Of a DNA stretch of 32,000 nt, positions 9,142 through 17,606 are shown in pieces. The notes under the pieces are model-generated. The model was not told where the DNA came from and ran no database searches. It worked only from the letters and a program-made list of their open reading frames with translations. A program made the translations under genes and the position numbers. Numbering within the stretch: position 1 is the stretch's first letter; each line of letters opens with the position of its first letter. Origin of the DNA: Candidatus Heimdallarchaeota archaeon (GTDB lineage: Archaea > Asgardarchaeota > Heimdallarchaeia > JABLTI01); NCBI GenBank assembly GCA_030614005.1, contig JAUWKS010000018.1:26068-58067 (forward strand). The letters run 5' to 3'.

Positions 9142-10350
9142 ATGCCAGAACAAGAAACCTTCACTAAAAAAATATACTTGAGCCTTCGACGAATTTATGG
9201 TCAAACAGTAAGCACAGCAATACGTTGGGTTCGTTCAGGACCTGCATTGTTTTTCACATTTATCTATCCAATAATAATGATTCTTTTGTTTGGTTATATT
9301 TTCGGAGCAACAGACGATAGTTTGTATACATTGAATTACCTAAATGAAGATGTATATCAAGTTGGAGACAATACCTATGCTTTCAATCCCGCAAATCAAA
9401 TTTTACAAAATCTAGGATTAAATAACGATACACTTGCAGAAAGTTTGAACCTAAAATTGGTACAAGCATCTATTGAAACTTCATCAATTACTTACAATGA
9501 TTGGATGAAGAATAATGATATTCCCTATCTCTTGGTTATTCCATCTGGTTGGTCTGCTGCAGTTAATGAATCCAAAGTAAATGCGACAGCTCCTCAAGCA
9601 CTGATTGAATACTATTATGATCCCTCGTATACCTCTTCTAGCATCGTTCAAAGTATTATTGACAATGTTTTACAAGAAATGAACATAGCTGAATTTAGCA
9701 TTCCAACAGTGGTGGATGTTGTTGCAAGTACAACACCAAATAGAGAAGGATTAACTTACATAGATTTCATTGTTCCCGGTATGATAATGGTTACTATTTC
9801 AACTTCCAGTATGATGGGCATGGTTTCTATGGTTACAGAAGACCGGCAAAGTGGGAAAATAGATAAATATTCTGCCTCTCCACTTAAGAAATGGGAATGG
9901 GCATTATCACATGGATTGTGGCATACTTGTACTAGTTTTGCTATTTCAATTTTATCAGTCCTAACAGGTTGGATAGTTTTTGGTTTTCAATTGTCAACAA
10001 TTCATCCCTTAATGATTGGTGTTCTAATATTTGGTTCAATGACTTTTACTGGATTAGCTTTGGTGATCTCTAGATTTGTTAAGAAAACAGAAGCTGCAAT
10101 GGCTGCGACAATGTCTTTTGTTTTCCCTCAAATGTTCCTTTCAGGTGCGATACTTCCTGCAGAGATTATGCCAGATTTTATGCAAACAATTGCAAAAATC
10201 TTTCCACTTTATTATGTAAGCGAAGCAATGCGCAATATGATGTTGGAATCAACTTTTCATCTTGCATGGGTACCATTAGGTATTACCATAGGTATGGGTG
10301 TGGTGTTCTTTACAGTAGGGTCTATAATTACCGATTGGAGGAAAGAATAA
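9142..10350 (+). CDS. ABC-2 type permease with large extracellular domain
   Basis: One TM, an extracellular domain, then five TMs. YIDFIVPG, FPQMFLSG and PLYY motifs. Confidence 0.92.
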   Translation: MPEQETFTKKIYLSLRRIYGQTVSTAIRWVRSGPALFFTFIYPIIMILLFGYIFGATDDSLYTLNYLNEDVYQVGDNTYAFNPANQILQNLGLNNDTLAESLNLKLVQASIETSSITYNDWMKNNDIPYLLVIPSGWSAAVNESKVNATAPQALIEYYYDPSYTSSSIVQSIIDNVLQEMNIAEFSIPTVVDVVASTTPNREGLTYIDFIVPGMIMVTISTSSMMGMVSMVTEDRQSGKIDKYSASPLKKWEWALSHGLWHTCTSFAISILSVLTGWIVFGFQLSTIHPLMIGVLIFGSMTFTGLALVISRFVKKTEAAMAATMSFVFPQMFLSGAILPAEIMPDFMQTIAKIFPLYYVSEAMRNMMLESTFHLAWVPLGITIGMGVVFFTVGSIITDWRKE

Positions 10351-10362
10351 GGAGGAATAGCT

Positions 10363-11634
10363 ATGAAAAAAGACACAAGCATTCAGATAACCAATGAGGA
10401 TTCTAAACAAAGCAAAATAGCTTTCCTTACAAAGATACAACTATTTCTAAGAAGAGTTGGAGCATATATTGCTGCTGCGTTCATAGACTATAGAAGGTCA
10501 CCTTTGACAGTATTTTTCTCAGTTGCCTATCCGATAATTTTAATTCTACTTTTTGGAGCAATTTTTGCAGATAGCAATAACTCGTTCACTGCTTTCACAG
10601 TTTATGTGCAAAGTGAAGGAGATGAGGGATATGTGATTTCTCCAGTTCAGACACTTAATTTTACGGATGATCTCATTAATGCTTTGCAAACAATGAAAAC
10701 AAATGACAGTGAATCACTATTTGATGTTCATTTCATCCCACTAACGAATGACCAGAATGGTGCTATTAATCCTGGTGACTATCTTGAGGAAGTCCAAGGA
10801 TACATTTCTCTAGTAATACCCTTTAATTTCACTCAAGAAGTATTATTTAACCCGGATGTAACAAACCTTCAAATAATTCTGGATGAAAGTTCACAATCAG
10901 CATCTATTGCTTACAGTATTATTAGCAGTGTGATCTATCAATTCAATTTAGGTGTTTCAGGTTATAATGAAACTAAGATTGGGTTAGATACTTTTGATAT
11001 CTATTTGGAAGAAGAAATTGCTTACTTTGAATTTCTAATTCCTGGTATGATTTGTGTGGCACTGATGAATAATGGTGTAATGGGTACGATTAATAGATAT
11101 TCATTCTTTAGAAAACAAGGATTCTTCCGAAAACTATCAGCATCACCAATGAATAAAGCAGATGTTGTTGTTGGTGAAACTTCTTGGCAATTTGTTCAAG
11201 GAGCGATATCAATTATAGCTATTTTACTTGTAGGTTGGTTGGTATTTAAAGTACCGAGTGGAGATTTCAGTTGGATTATTAGAATTCTCGATTGGAAGAT
11301 TATTCTAGTAACAATATCAGCAGTTATGTCATTTGTTGGTTTGGGAATGATTGGATCAAGGCTCTCCAAGAATCCTGATGCAGCAACAGCTCTTGGCAAT
11401 TTCCTTACTTTCCCGATGATGTTCTTGAGCGGAGCATTTTTCGATGTATCTGGTGTGCCTGGAGTAAATGTCATATCAAAATTGTTACCCTTAACCTATT
11501 TGATAGATGCACTCCGTGCGACAATGATAACGGGAAACGTATCCATTGCCTGGATTAATATTGGAATAAGCTTTGCATTTGGAACTGCTTTAATGATAAT
11601 TGGCATTCTAATTACAAAACTAACAGAAGAATAA
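10363..11634 (+). CDS. ABC-2 type permease (second, paralogous)
   Basis: YFEFLIPG, FPMMFLSGAFF and LPLTY motifs; same topology as the preceding gene. Confidence 0.92.
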   Translation: MKKDTSIQITNEDSKQSKIAFLTKIQLFLRRVGAYIAAAFIDYRRSPLTVFFSVAYPIILILLFGAIFADSNNSFTAFTVYVQSEGDEGYVISPVQTLNFTDDLINALQTMKTNDSESLFDVHFIPLTNDQNGAINPGDYLEEVQGYISLVIPFNFTQEVLFNPDVTNLQIILDESSQSASIAYSIISSVIYQFNLGVSGYNETKIGLDTFDIYLEEEIAYFEFLIPGMICVALMNNGVMGTINRYSFFRKQGFFRKLSASPMNKADVVVGETSWQFVQGAISIIAILLVGWLVFKVPSGDFSWIIRILDWKIILVTISAVMSFVGLGMIGSRLSKNPDAATALGNFLTFPMMFLSGAFFDVSGVPGVNVISKLLPLTYLIDALRATMITGNVSIAWINIGISFAFGTALMIIGILITKLTEE

Positions 11635-11800
11635 TGCAAAAATCTTTCAAAAAGGAGGATTTTTGTCTTAACTCTTTTTTGAGAATAAACAATTTGTTAT
11701 ATAATTAATGAATTATTGTGTTTAAAAAACAATCTTTTCTCTAAAAATCAAATCTTTTGCTTAATTAATTAATTCTCTTATTCTTATCGTTCTTTGCCAC

Positions 11801-11819
11801 AAAAATAAGCTATTTATAT
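11801..11819 (+). promoter_or_regulatory. BRE/TATA promoter of the uDENN-GTPase-7TM operon
   Basis: A-rich BRE followed by TTTATA at 11813-11818. SD AGGAG at 11856-11860. Confidence 0.5.
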
Positions 11820-11870
11820 CGTTTCTTGCAACTAATAAGAATATACTATCGTGAAAGGAGAATAAACTTT

Positions 11871-12362
11871 TTGAAACCACTAAGTCTCTGTTTAGTTCAA
11901 ATGGGTGATAAAGGATTGGAGATGGTGTCCTCACATCCCAAAGTTTTACCAAAGGAAGTTCTGAATGAATTGACCTACAAGTCAATGCCTATGGGAGCTA
12001 AAGCAGGAGAATTTGCTTCCTCCTCTGTAGGTGATTTATTTTACTCAAGTTATATCTTTTCTTTGCCAAGAGAAGGGTCTCGAGACAATATTTGTGCTAT
12101 AATTGCTGTTTTTAATGACATGAAGTACAATATTGACGGAATTAGAAAAATTTTCTCGTTTTTAATTAAGGAATTAGAAACAAACACTCTCCTAAAATTG
12201 GATCTAATAGAGGAAATATTGCCTAATCTCTATAATGGTTTTAGTAAAGGAAATATTCGAATAAAAATTAGCTCAGTAGCGACAATAACAATTGATTTTG
12301 AAAATAAAACAGAAGAACCGATTGATGAAACAAATGTTCTAGAAGACGACTTATGGAAATAA
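11871..12362 (+). CDS. uDENN/longin-domain protein (FLCN/SMCR8/NPRL2-like), candidate GAP
   Basis: LCLVQMGDKGLEMVSSHP beta-hairpin, helix ending YKSMP, then YSSYIFSLPREGSRDNICAIIAVF. TTG 11871 preferred over 11826 because of the promoter and SD positions. Confidence 0.7.
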   Translation: MKPLSLCLVQMGDKGLEMVSSHPKVLPKEVLNELTYKSMPMGAKAGEFASSSVGDLFYSSYIFSLPREGSRDNICAIIAVFNDMKYNIDGIRKIFSFLIKELETNTLLKLDLIEEILPNLYNGFSKGNIRIKISSVATITIDFENKTEEPIDETNVLEDDLWK

Positions 12363-12390
12363 CAACTGTCTAGAAAAGGAGTGTGAATGT

Positions 12391-12930
12391 GTGTCATTTC
12401 TACGAAATCTCTTCAAAAGAAGAACAAAAGAAGTCGATATAACGATTTGTGGTTTAGCCAGCGCAGGAAAAACAACTATTGTGAGATATCTTGAGACTGG
12501 TCAATTTGTGGAAACACAACCAACAATGGGTATCAACCGTGGTGAGACAATTAAAGTTGAAAAACTTGAAATAAATATTTTTGATCTAGGTGGGCAAGAT
12601 GATTTCAGAGTTCTCTGGCCCGAAGTTAATGAAAATTCAAATGGCGTAGTTTTTGTTGTTGATAAACACGATGCAATGAAATTTGAAGAGGCTCGTCTAG
12701 CATTTCAAGAAATTGTCAAATCACAAATACATGAAGATGTTATTGTACTTATTTTATTACACAAAAATGATATTCCTGGAGGAATGGCTCGAAGCACTTT
12801 CATTCAAGACTTTGATTTAATTGATTTATCATTTAAATGGGCATGCTATGAAACTTCTGCAAAAACAGGTGAGAACATCTTCGAAGCATTCAGATGGTTT
12901 TTTGATCAATTAATGGAGGAATCTTCTTAA
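12391..12930 (+). CDS. Arf-family small GTPase
   Basis: N-terminal amphipathic helix MSFLRNLF, G1 GLASAGKTT, G2 PTMG, G3 DLGGQ, G4 HKND and G5 SAK. Confidence 0.93.
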   Translation: MSFLRNLFKRRTKEVDITICGLASAGKTTIVRYLETGQFVETQPTMGINRGETIKVEKLEINIFDLGGQDDFRVLWPEVNENSNGVVFVVDKHDAMKFEEARLAFQEIVKSQIHEDVIVLILLHKNDIPGGMARSTFIQDFDLIDLSFKWACYETSAKTGENIFEAFRWFFDQLMEESS

Positions 12931-13784
12931 TGGCCAACGCTTTAACATGGTTTTATATTATTTTTTCATGGTTAACAGTAACTGTGAATATTGTATTGGC
13001 AGGTGCTTTACTTAAAAACTTCCTCAATAAAAAAACTACAGGAACGTTAATTCTATTTACATCCTATCTAATAATTGGTATTAGTACTATTTTCGGTGCA
13101 ATTCTTTACACAGCAGAATATTTCGGAATCGGAATTGAGTTTGTAGGTGTAAATCAAACAATGGGAACAGTTCTTCCAGTGGGTGCATTGCTCCTAATCT
13201 ATGTTTTCACTTGTAGGCACATTCTTAGAGATAATGAAATGGTAAAATCCATGCATTTGATAATCATTTCTGTTTTGATTGGTTTTATTTTGGCACTTTA
13301 TTTTTTGGCTATATTTGGAATCACACAACCAGATGGTTTCATATTTGCAGAAGGTCAAAGTCCATTATGGTATCAAATAACTAAAACCGATGTTCCAAAC
13401 ACAAATCTATTTAGCTTGACAATAATTTCTACTACTTTAGTTATTACTGCAATTCAAATATATATCAATACTAGAATTATTGTGAGAGCATTTATGCTCT
13501 CTCGTAGAACCGATAAGATTATTCGCAAACGTGGTCTGCAAATGATTGGTTGGGGTTTAGTTATTTATATTGTAGCTGGAATTATTCTTGCTTTAGAATT
13601 GGTTATTCCTTGGTCTGTAGGTAGTTTTGCCCCTACTATTTTCTGGACTCTACGAAAGACGATATTCTTTGCTTCATATGTAGTCCTTTACTTGGGTTGG
13701 ATTATGCCCGACTGGTTCAGAAGACGTCTACGAGGAAAAACTTGGTTTGAAATGCAATATAAAACAGTCACAAAACAGTCTTAG
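12930..13784 (+). CDS. Seven-transmembrane protein of unknown function
   Basis: Seven hydrophobic segments by eye, basic loop between TM5 and TM6, C-terminal YLGWIMPDWFRRR. The start overlaps the GTPase stop (TAATG). Confidence 0.85.
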   Translation: MANALTWFYIIFSWLTVTVNIVLAGALLKNFLNKKTTGTLILFTSYLIIGISTIFGAILYTAEYFGIGIEFVGVNQTMGTVLPVGALLLIYVFTCRHILRDNEMVKSMHLIIISVLIGFILALYFLAIFGITQPDGFIFAEGQSPLWYQITKTDVPNTNLFSLTIISTTLVITAIQIYINTRIIVRAFMLSRRTDKIIRKRGLQMIGWGLVIYIVAGIILALELVIPWSVGSFAPTIFWTLRKTIFFASYVVLYLGWIMPDWFRRRLRGKTWFEMQYKTVTKQS

Positions 13785-14012
13785 GGGAAACATTCCTCTA
13801 TCTCTACTTTTTTTGGTTTTGAATATTTTTCTACAAGATGTTCTGTATCACTTTTTTGTTATCAATTGCGATGTCTTTAAATAGATGATTGGTGACTACT
13901 CTCTCGCTGGTTAGATAATCTCTAATCAACGGTGAGTGAGTTGACCTAACTCGGTTTTTAGAGTTTAAAATTCGAAGTGGATTGTGAGTTGACCGACCGT
14001 CCCTCTACTAGT

Positions 14013-14296
14013 TCACTGTGAATCAACTAGGTGAATAAAATGTATAAACAAAAACAAGAAATTCGTAATGAATTCAGAAAAGTGCTGGCTAAACCAGGAA
14101 TTGAAGTCCATCGAACATTGAAATAAATAAATACCAAATACCGAAAGGAGAAACAAAAAAATGACAAATAAAAACCATAAATCAAGTAGAAAAATCAATA
14201 CAAGCATTGCAAAGGCAAGAAATGAGAGCCTAAATTTGAATTTCCATATTGTGATTAACAAATAGAAGCAATGAGAAAGATACTAGTTAACAGCAC
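14013..14296 (-). pseudogene. Small two-TM membrane protein, possibly frameshifted near 14262
   Basis: The 82-aa ORF (14013-14261) has T at codon position 2 in 34 of the first 48 codons, versus 23 and 20 at positions 1 and 3 (hand count). An upstream GGAGATGA SD and GTG 14296 (MLLTSIFLIASI) join it if one T is restored. Confidence 0.4.
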
Positions 14297-14478
14297 TAGC
14301 TAATCATCTCCCATTTCACCTATACATTTGCAAACAGAAAATTGAGTCAGAACAGAGAACGGATCAAACCGTTAGTGATCAAACATGGATGCCTGCATTG
14401 CAGGTGTTCAACTTGATATTTTCAGCTAATTTTACTTCAAAATTAACCTATTAAGAAAAAGTTATTGAAGGTAAGAAA

Positions 14479-14500
14479 GAGGAATCGGGAAAAATTCCTC
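14479..14500 (-). terminator. Hairpin downstream of the HAAS gene
   Basis: GAGGAAT-N8-ATTCCTC, followed on the minus strand by T-rich sequence. Confidence 0.4.
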
Positions 14501-14512
14501 CATCTTCCTTCC

Positions 14513-15706
14513 TTATTTTTGTGGGAATCCATCAAAACCTAGCCGAGTCATTCGAATGAAATCAGATAACATCTTTAAGATTGTTCCACCAATTACTACC
14601 CACACAACAATTGTTGCTATGGTTTGGAAGGTATCTGCAGTGATATAGGTTTGAACGAATCCAAATACCCAATCATAGGCAATTTCACGTCTATAGAGAA
14701 TTGCATGGTAAAGTGCGATATTAAATCCTTGAGGTGCAAGGCCAAGAAAGAGTAATGCTTGTTGTAATCCAACTCTTCTGCCGACTAAAGCTTGGAAGAA
14801 GCGTATGAATCCTAATACCAATCCTGTTACACCTGTGAGTGCAAACCAGATTTTCAGTTGATCTGGTAGAAAGTCTAGGAATGGCATGAAAGGAAGAATT
14901 ATTGCTATTACACCAAATGCTATGCCCATAATTCCTTCAGAAAGATAATCTTTTCCAAGATGTTTATGTCGTTTTCCCATTCTAGGTGTTGGTTCTGTAA
15001 TAGTTCTTACAGGTCTTTCCTTTACCACTTGTGGTTCTATAACTGGTTTAGTTAGCGGGACTGTTTCATACTTTTCTTCGTGAATAGAAGCTGCACGTGT
15101 ATCTTCCTTCTTTGGTTCGTCTGCTGCTCTAAATCTATCAAAAGGAATATGAAAAACAAATCTCTTTCCTAACCGATCGAAATCTTCTGGTAGATATCCT
15201 TCATGGGATAGATAGATGAATTGTACTGTAATAAGTACTAAAGCAATTGCAACACTCATCATTGAACCTGATATCCAACTTGAAAATAGCTCTCCAACAC
15301 CAATACTACCATTGACAGTTGAAGGTATTCTAGTAAACATTACTAAGAGATTAATTCCAAGTAGTACTCCAGCAACGATATAGACAACTTTAGTGTAACC
15401 TGTCCACAATTCCTCTGTGATGAAGAATTTTGGTTTGCCTCGTCGTTTGTATTCTCCAGCAATTTTGCTTGGAGTGCCCATCTGATCAATGACTTGTTTT
15501 ATATCCTCTATTGATGGTTCTTCTCCATCAGCCAATTCAGTTGCTCTATCCCAAATATGGGTTTCAAGCTCTTCTAGGATGTCAACTACATTCTTTTTCT
15601 CATCTTTTAACCAGAATGGTAGCTTTCTTTCAACTTCATCCAAGAATTCTTTGACAAGTCTTTGATCTTCGCTTAAATTTTCTAAATTATTTTTGTTTTC
15701 ACTCAT
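14513..15706 (-). CDS. HAAS-domain membrane protein (PadR partner)
   Basis: N-terminal FLDEVERKLP..DILEELETHI..G..IDQMGTPSKIAGEY matches the HAAS signalling domain. TM helices and a Pro/charged loop follow. Lies 4 nt downstream of the PadR gene. Confidence 0.8.
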   Translation of the reverse strand: MSENKNNLENLSEDQRLVKEFLDEVERKLPFWLKDEKKNVVDILEELETHIWDRATELADGEEPSIEDIKQVIDQMGTPSKIAGEYKRRGKPKFFITEELWTGYTKVVYIVAGVLLGINLLVMFTRIPSTVNGSIGVGELFSSWISGSMMSVAIALVLITVQFIYLSHEGYLPEDFDRLGKRFVFHIPFDRFRAADEPKKEDTRAASIHEEKYETVPLTKPVIEPQVVKERPVRTITEPTPRMGKRHKHLGKDYLSEGIMGIAFGVIAIILPFMPFLDFLPDQLKIWFALTGVTGLVLGFIRFFQALVGRRVGLQQALLFLGLAPQGFNIALYHAILYRREIAYDWVFGFVQTYITADTFQTIATIVVWVVIGGTILKMLSDFIRMTRLGFDGFPQK

Positions 15707-15710
15707 TACA

Positions 15711-16241
15711 TCACGCCCTCTGACTAATTAACTCCTCTACAAAAATACCACAAACTTCGCAGTATTTTGCATCAACATCCAATTTGATTTGATTTGCACA
15801 GTTAGGACAATACATAAACTCATCTTCAGGGAGATCGATTCCAAACTCCATCAAAGGAGATATTGCTTCAAGAAGTTTAGCAAAAAATCCTGTCATATGA
15901 TTTAGTAGTTTATGTCCTGCATCCGTTAAGATGTAATATCTTCTCGGGCGGCCCGTTAATTCTTTCTTTTCAGACTTGAGAACTCCACCTTTCTCCATTT
16001 TTCGTAATAGTGGGTACAATGTTCCTTCCTCAATAATCAGTACATTGTTTGTTTCTTGTTCTAATTCTTTTAGTAATTGATATCCATAGATTCCTTCATC
16101 GGGATATCGTTTGAGGATTTGTAATACCGTAACGGTAGATATTCCTCGTAGTAATTCTGATTCAAAGCTTTCAACGTATGTTCTAAAGTGGTCATTGCCG
16201 ATCAATGCTTCCGGGTGGAATGATTTTACTTTTTTTAACAC
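15711..16241 (-). CDS. PadR-family transcriptional regulator with C-terminal zinc ribbon
   Basis: YGYQLLKEL, EGTLYPLLRKME and RPRRYYILTDAG, then CPNC...CEVC. Confidence 0.92.
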   Translation of the reverse strand: MLKKVKSFHPEALIGNDHFRTYVESFESELLRGISTVTVLQILKRYPDEGIYGYQLLKELEQETNNVLIIEEGTLYPLLRKMEKGGVLKSEKKELTGRPRRYYILTDAGHKLLNHMTGFFAKLLEAISPLMEFGIDLPEDEFMYCPNCANQIKLDVDAKYCEVCGIFVEELISQRA

Positions 16242-16297
16242 GAGTATTCGCCTTCTTTTGTTATATTGTTTAGTATTGCTGTTATATTATTGATACA

Positions 16298-16318
16298 ATA
16301 CTATACCACATATAGTAT
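16298..16318. promoter_or_regulatory. Probable PadR operator palindrome
   Basis: Perfect ATACTATA-CCACA-TATAGTAT lying between the minus-strand TATA box (16325-16332) and the expected start site of the padR operon. Confidence 0.6.
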
Positions 16319-16419
16319 ATGCTATATATAAACATTCACATTTCTTGGAAAAAAAGAAATAGCAAAAAATAGTGAGCTACAAAGTAAAAATATTTTAGGT
16401 GGTAGGTGGTAAATTATGC

Positions 16420-17424
16420 ATGCGTCTATTAGCAATTGCAGATACACACTTTGGATTTGAATCAGGTAAATCCGCAGAAGCTCGAAAATTTACTTATGAA
16501 AGTATGTTCAATAAATTTGAAGAAATAATTGCTATTGCTAAAAAGCAAAAAGTAGATGCGATTTTGCATGCCGGTGATTTTTTCAATAGAAGTGCACCTC
16601 GAAAAAAAGTGCTAAAGAGATCCTATGAATTGGTTGAGAGAATTTTACTTGAAGACATTGATTTTCTGGTTATCCCGGGTAATCACGAGCGAGCTAAGTT
16701 ACCTGAATCTTTATTGAGCTTTCATAAAAAAAGCCATTTCTTCAATAAATTGTTAAAAGTTGACTTAGACCAGTGCTCTATAGTTGGCTTTCCCTTCATA
16801 CGGAATGATCCACAATCTGTGGCAGAAAAAATCAATAAATTACTACTTGCTGAACATAAAAAACCTAATATCGTACTGTGCCATCAATTATTTGAGGGTG
16901 CAACGTTTGGTCCACATCAATTTGTTTTTCGAAAGAATCATGGAACAATTAACATAACTGCTGCTTTCGAAGATGTTTCTCTAATTATTTCTGGTCACAT
17001 TCATCGTGCTCAAATTCTTTTTGATGGCTTAGTCGTTTATCCGGGTTCAATTGAACGAACAAGTTTTCTTGAATTTATAGAACCAAAAGGCTATCTAATG
17101 ATTGATATTGAATCAAATTTTATCAAAGTGGAATTTCATACTTTGACATCACTACCAATGAGTGTAATTGAATTACCAGTACGCAATATTGACCTTGACT
17201 ACGATTCTTTGCTCTCTGCTATTAAACCCGGTCTTCATCGAACCTTATTACGATTAACTGGTCGAAAATTAACTACTGCTGAAATAGAAAATTTGAGAAA
17301 CTTTTTCCCCGCTAACGAATATCCTTTATTGGTTGTTAGCCCTCGTTTGTCTGAATTTTCTCTAAAACCACTCTATACGAATAATGTTCCATTTGATTTT
17401 CCTCCTTTTGTTAAAAAATATTAA
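16420..17424 (+). CDS. Mre11/SbcD-like calcineurin-type metallophosphoesterase (DNA repair exonuclease family)
   Basis: ADTH, AGDFF, PGNHE, CHQ, SGHIH and YPGSIERTSFLE motifs. ATG 16420 follows AGGTGGT. Confidence 0.88.
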   Translation: MRLLAIADTHFGFESGKSAEARKFTYESMFNKFEEIIAIAKKQKVDAILHAGDFFNRSAPRKKVLKRSYELVERILLEDIDFLVIPGNHERAKLPESLLSFHKKSHFFNKLLKVDLDQCSIVGFPFIRNDPQSVAEKINKLLLAEHKKPNIVLCHQLFEGATFGPHQFVFRKNHGTINITAAFEDVSLIISGHIHRAQILFDGLVVYPGSIERTSFLEFIEPKGYLMIDIESNFIKVEFHTLTSLPMSVIELPVRNIDLDYDSLLSAIKPGLHRTLLRLTGRKLTTAEIENLRNFFPANEYPLLVVSPRLSEFSLKPLYTNNVPFDFPPFVKKY

Positions 17425-17606
17425 ATTTTTTCTTTTTTCAACTTTAATTAGCAACGATATAAGTCTTTTTCAAAAAAATGAGGCTTTCTTCTTAAACGAT
17501 TGAGAAACGATTCTGAAAATTATGTGAATTCTTATATAGCTGCTCTAATATTGTTCTATCAAGACTTCGTGGAGATTTAGTTCATATTTTAAAAATGGTG
17601 ATTTTT

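Noticed and set aside
12930-13784. 7TM protein as a microbial rhodopsin or heliorhodopsin
   Set aside because: No retinal-binding DxxxK or SxxxK motif in the seventh helix.
13936-13994. GTGAGTTGACC direct repeat as a CRISPR remnant
   Set aside because: Only two 11-nt copies, too short for CRISPR repeats, and no cas genes in the window.
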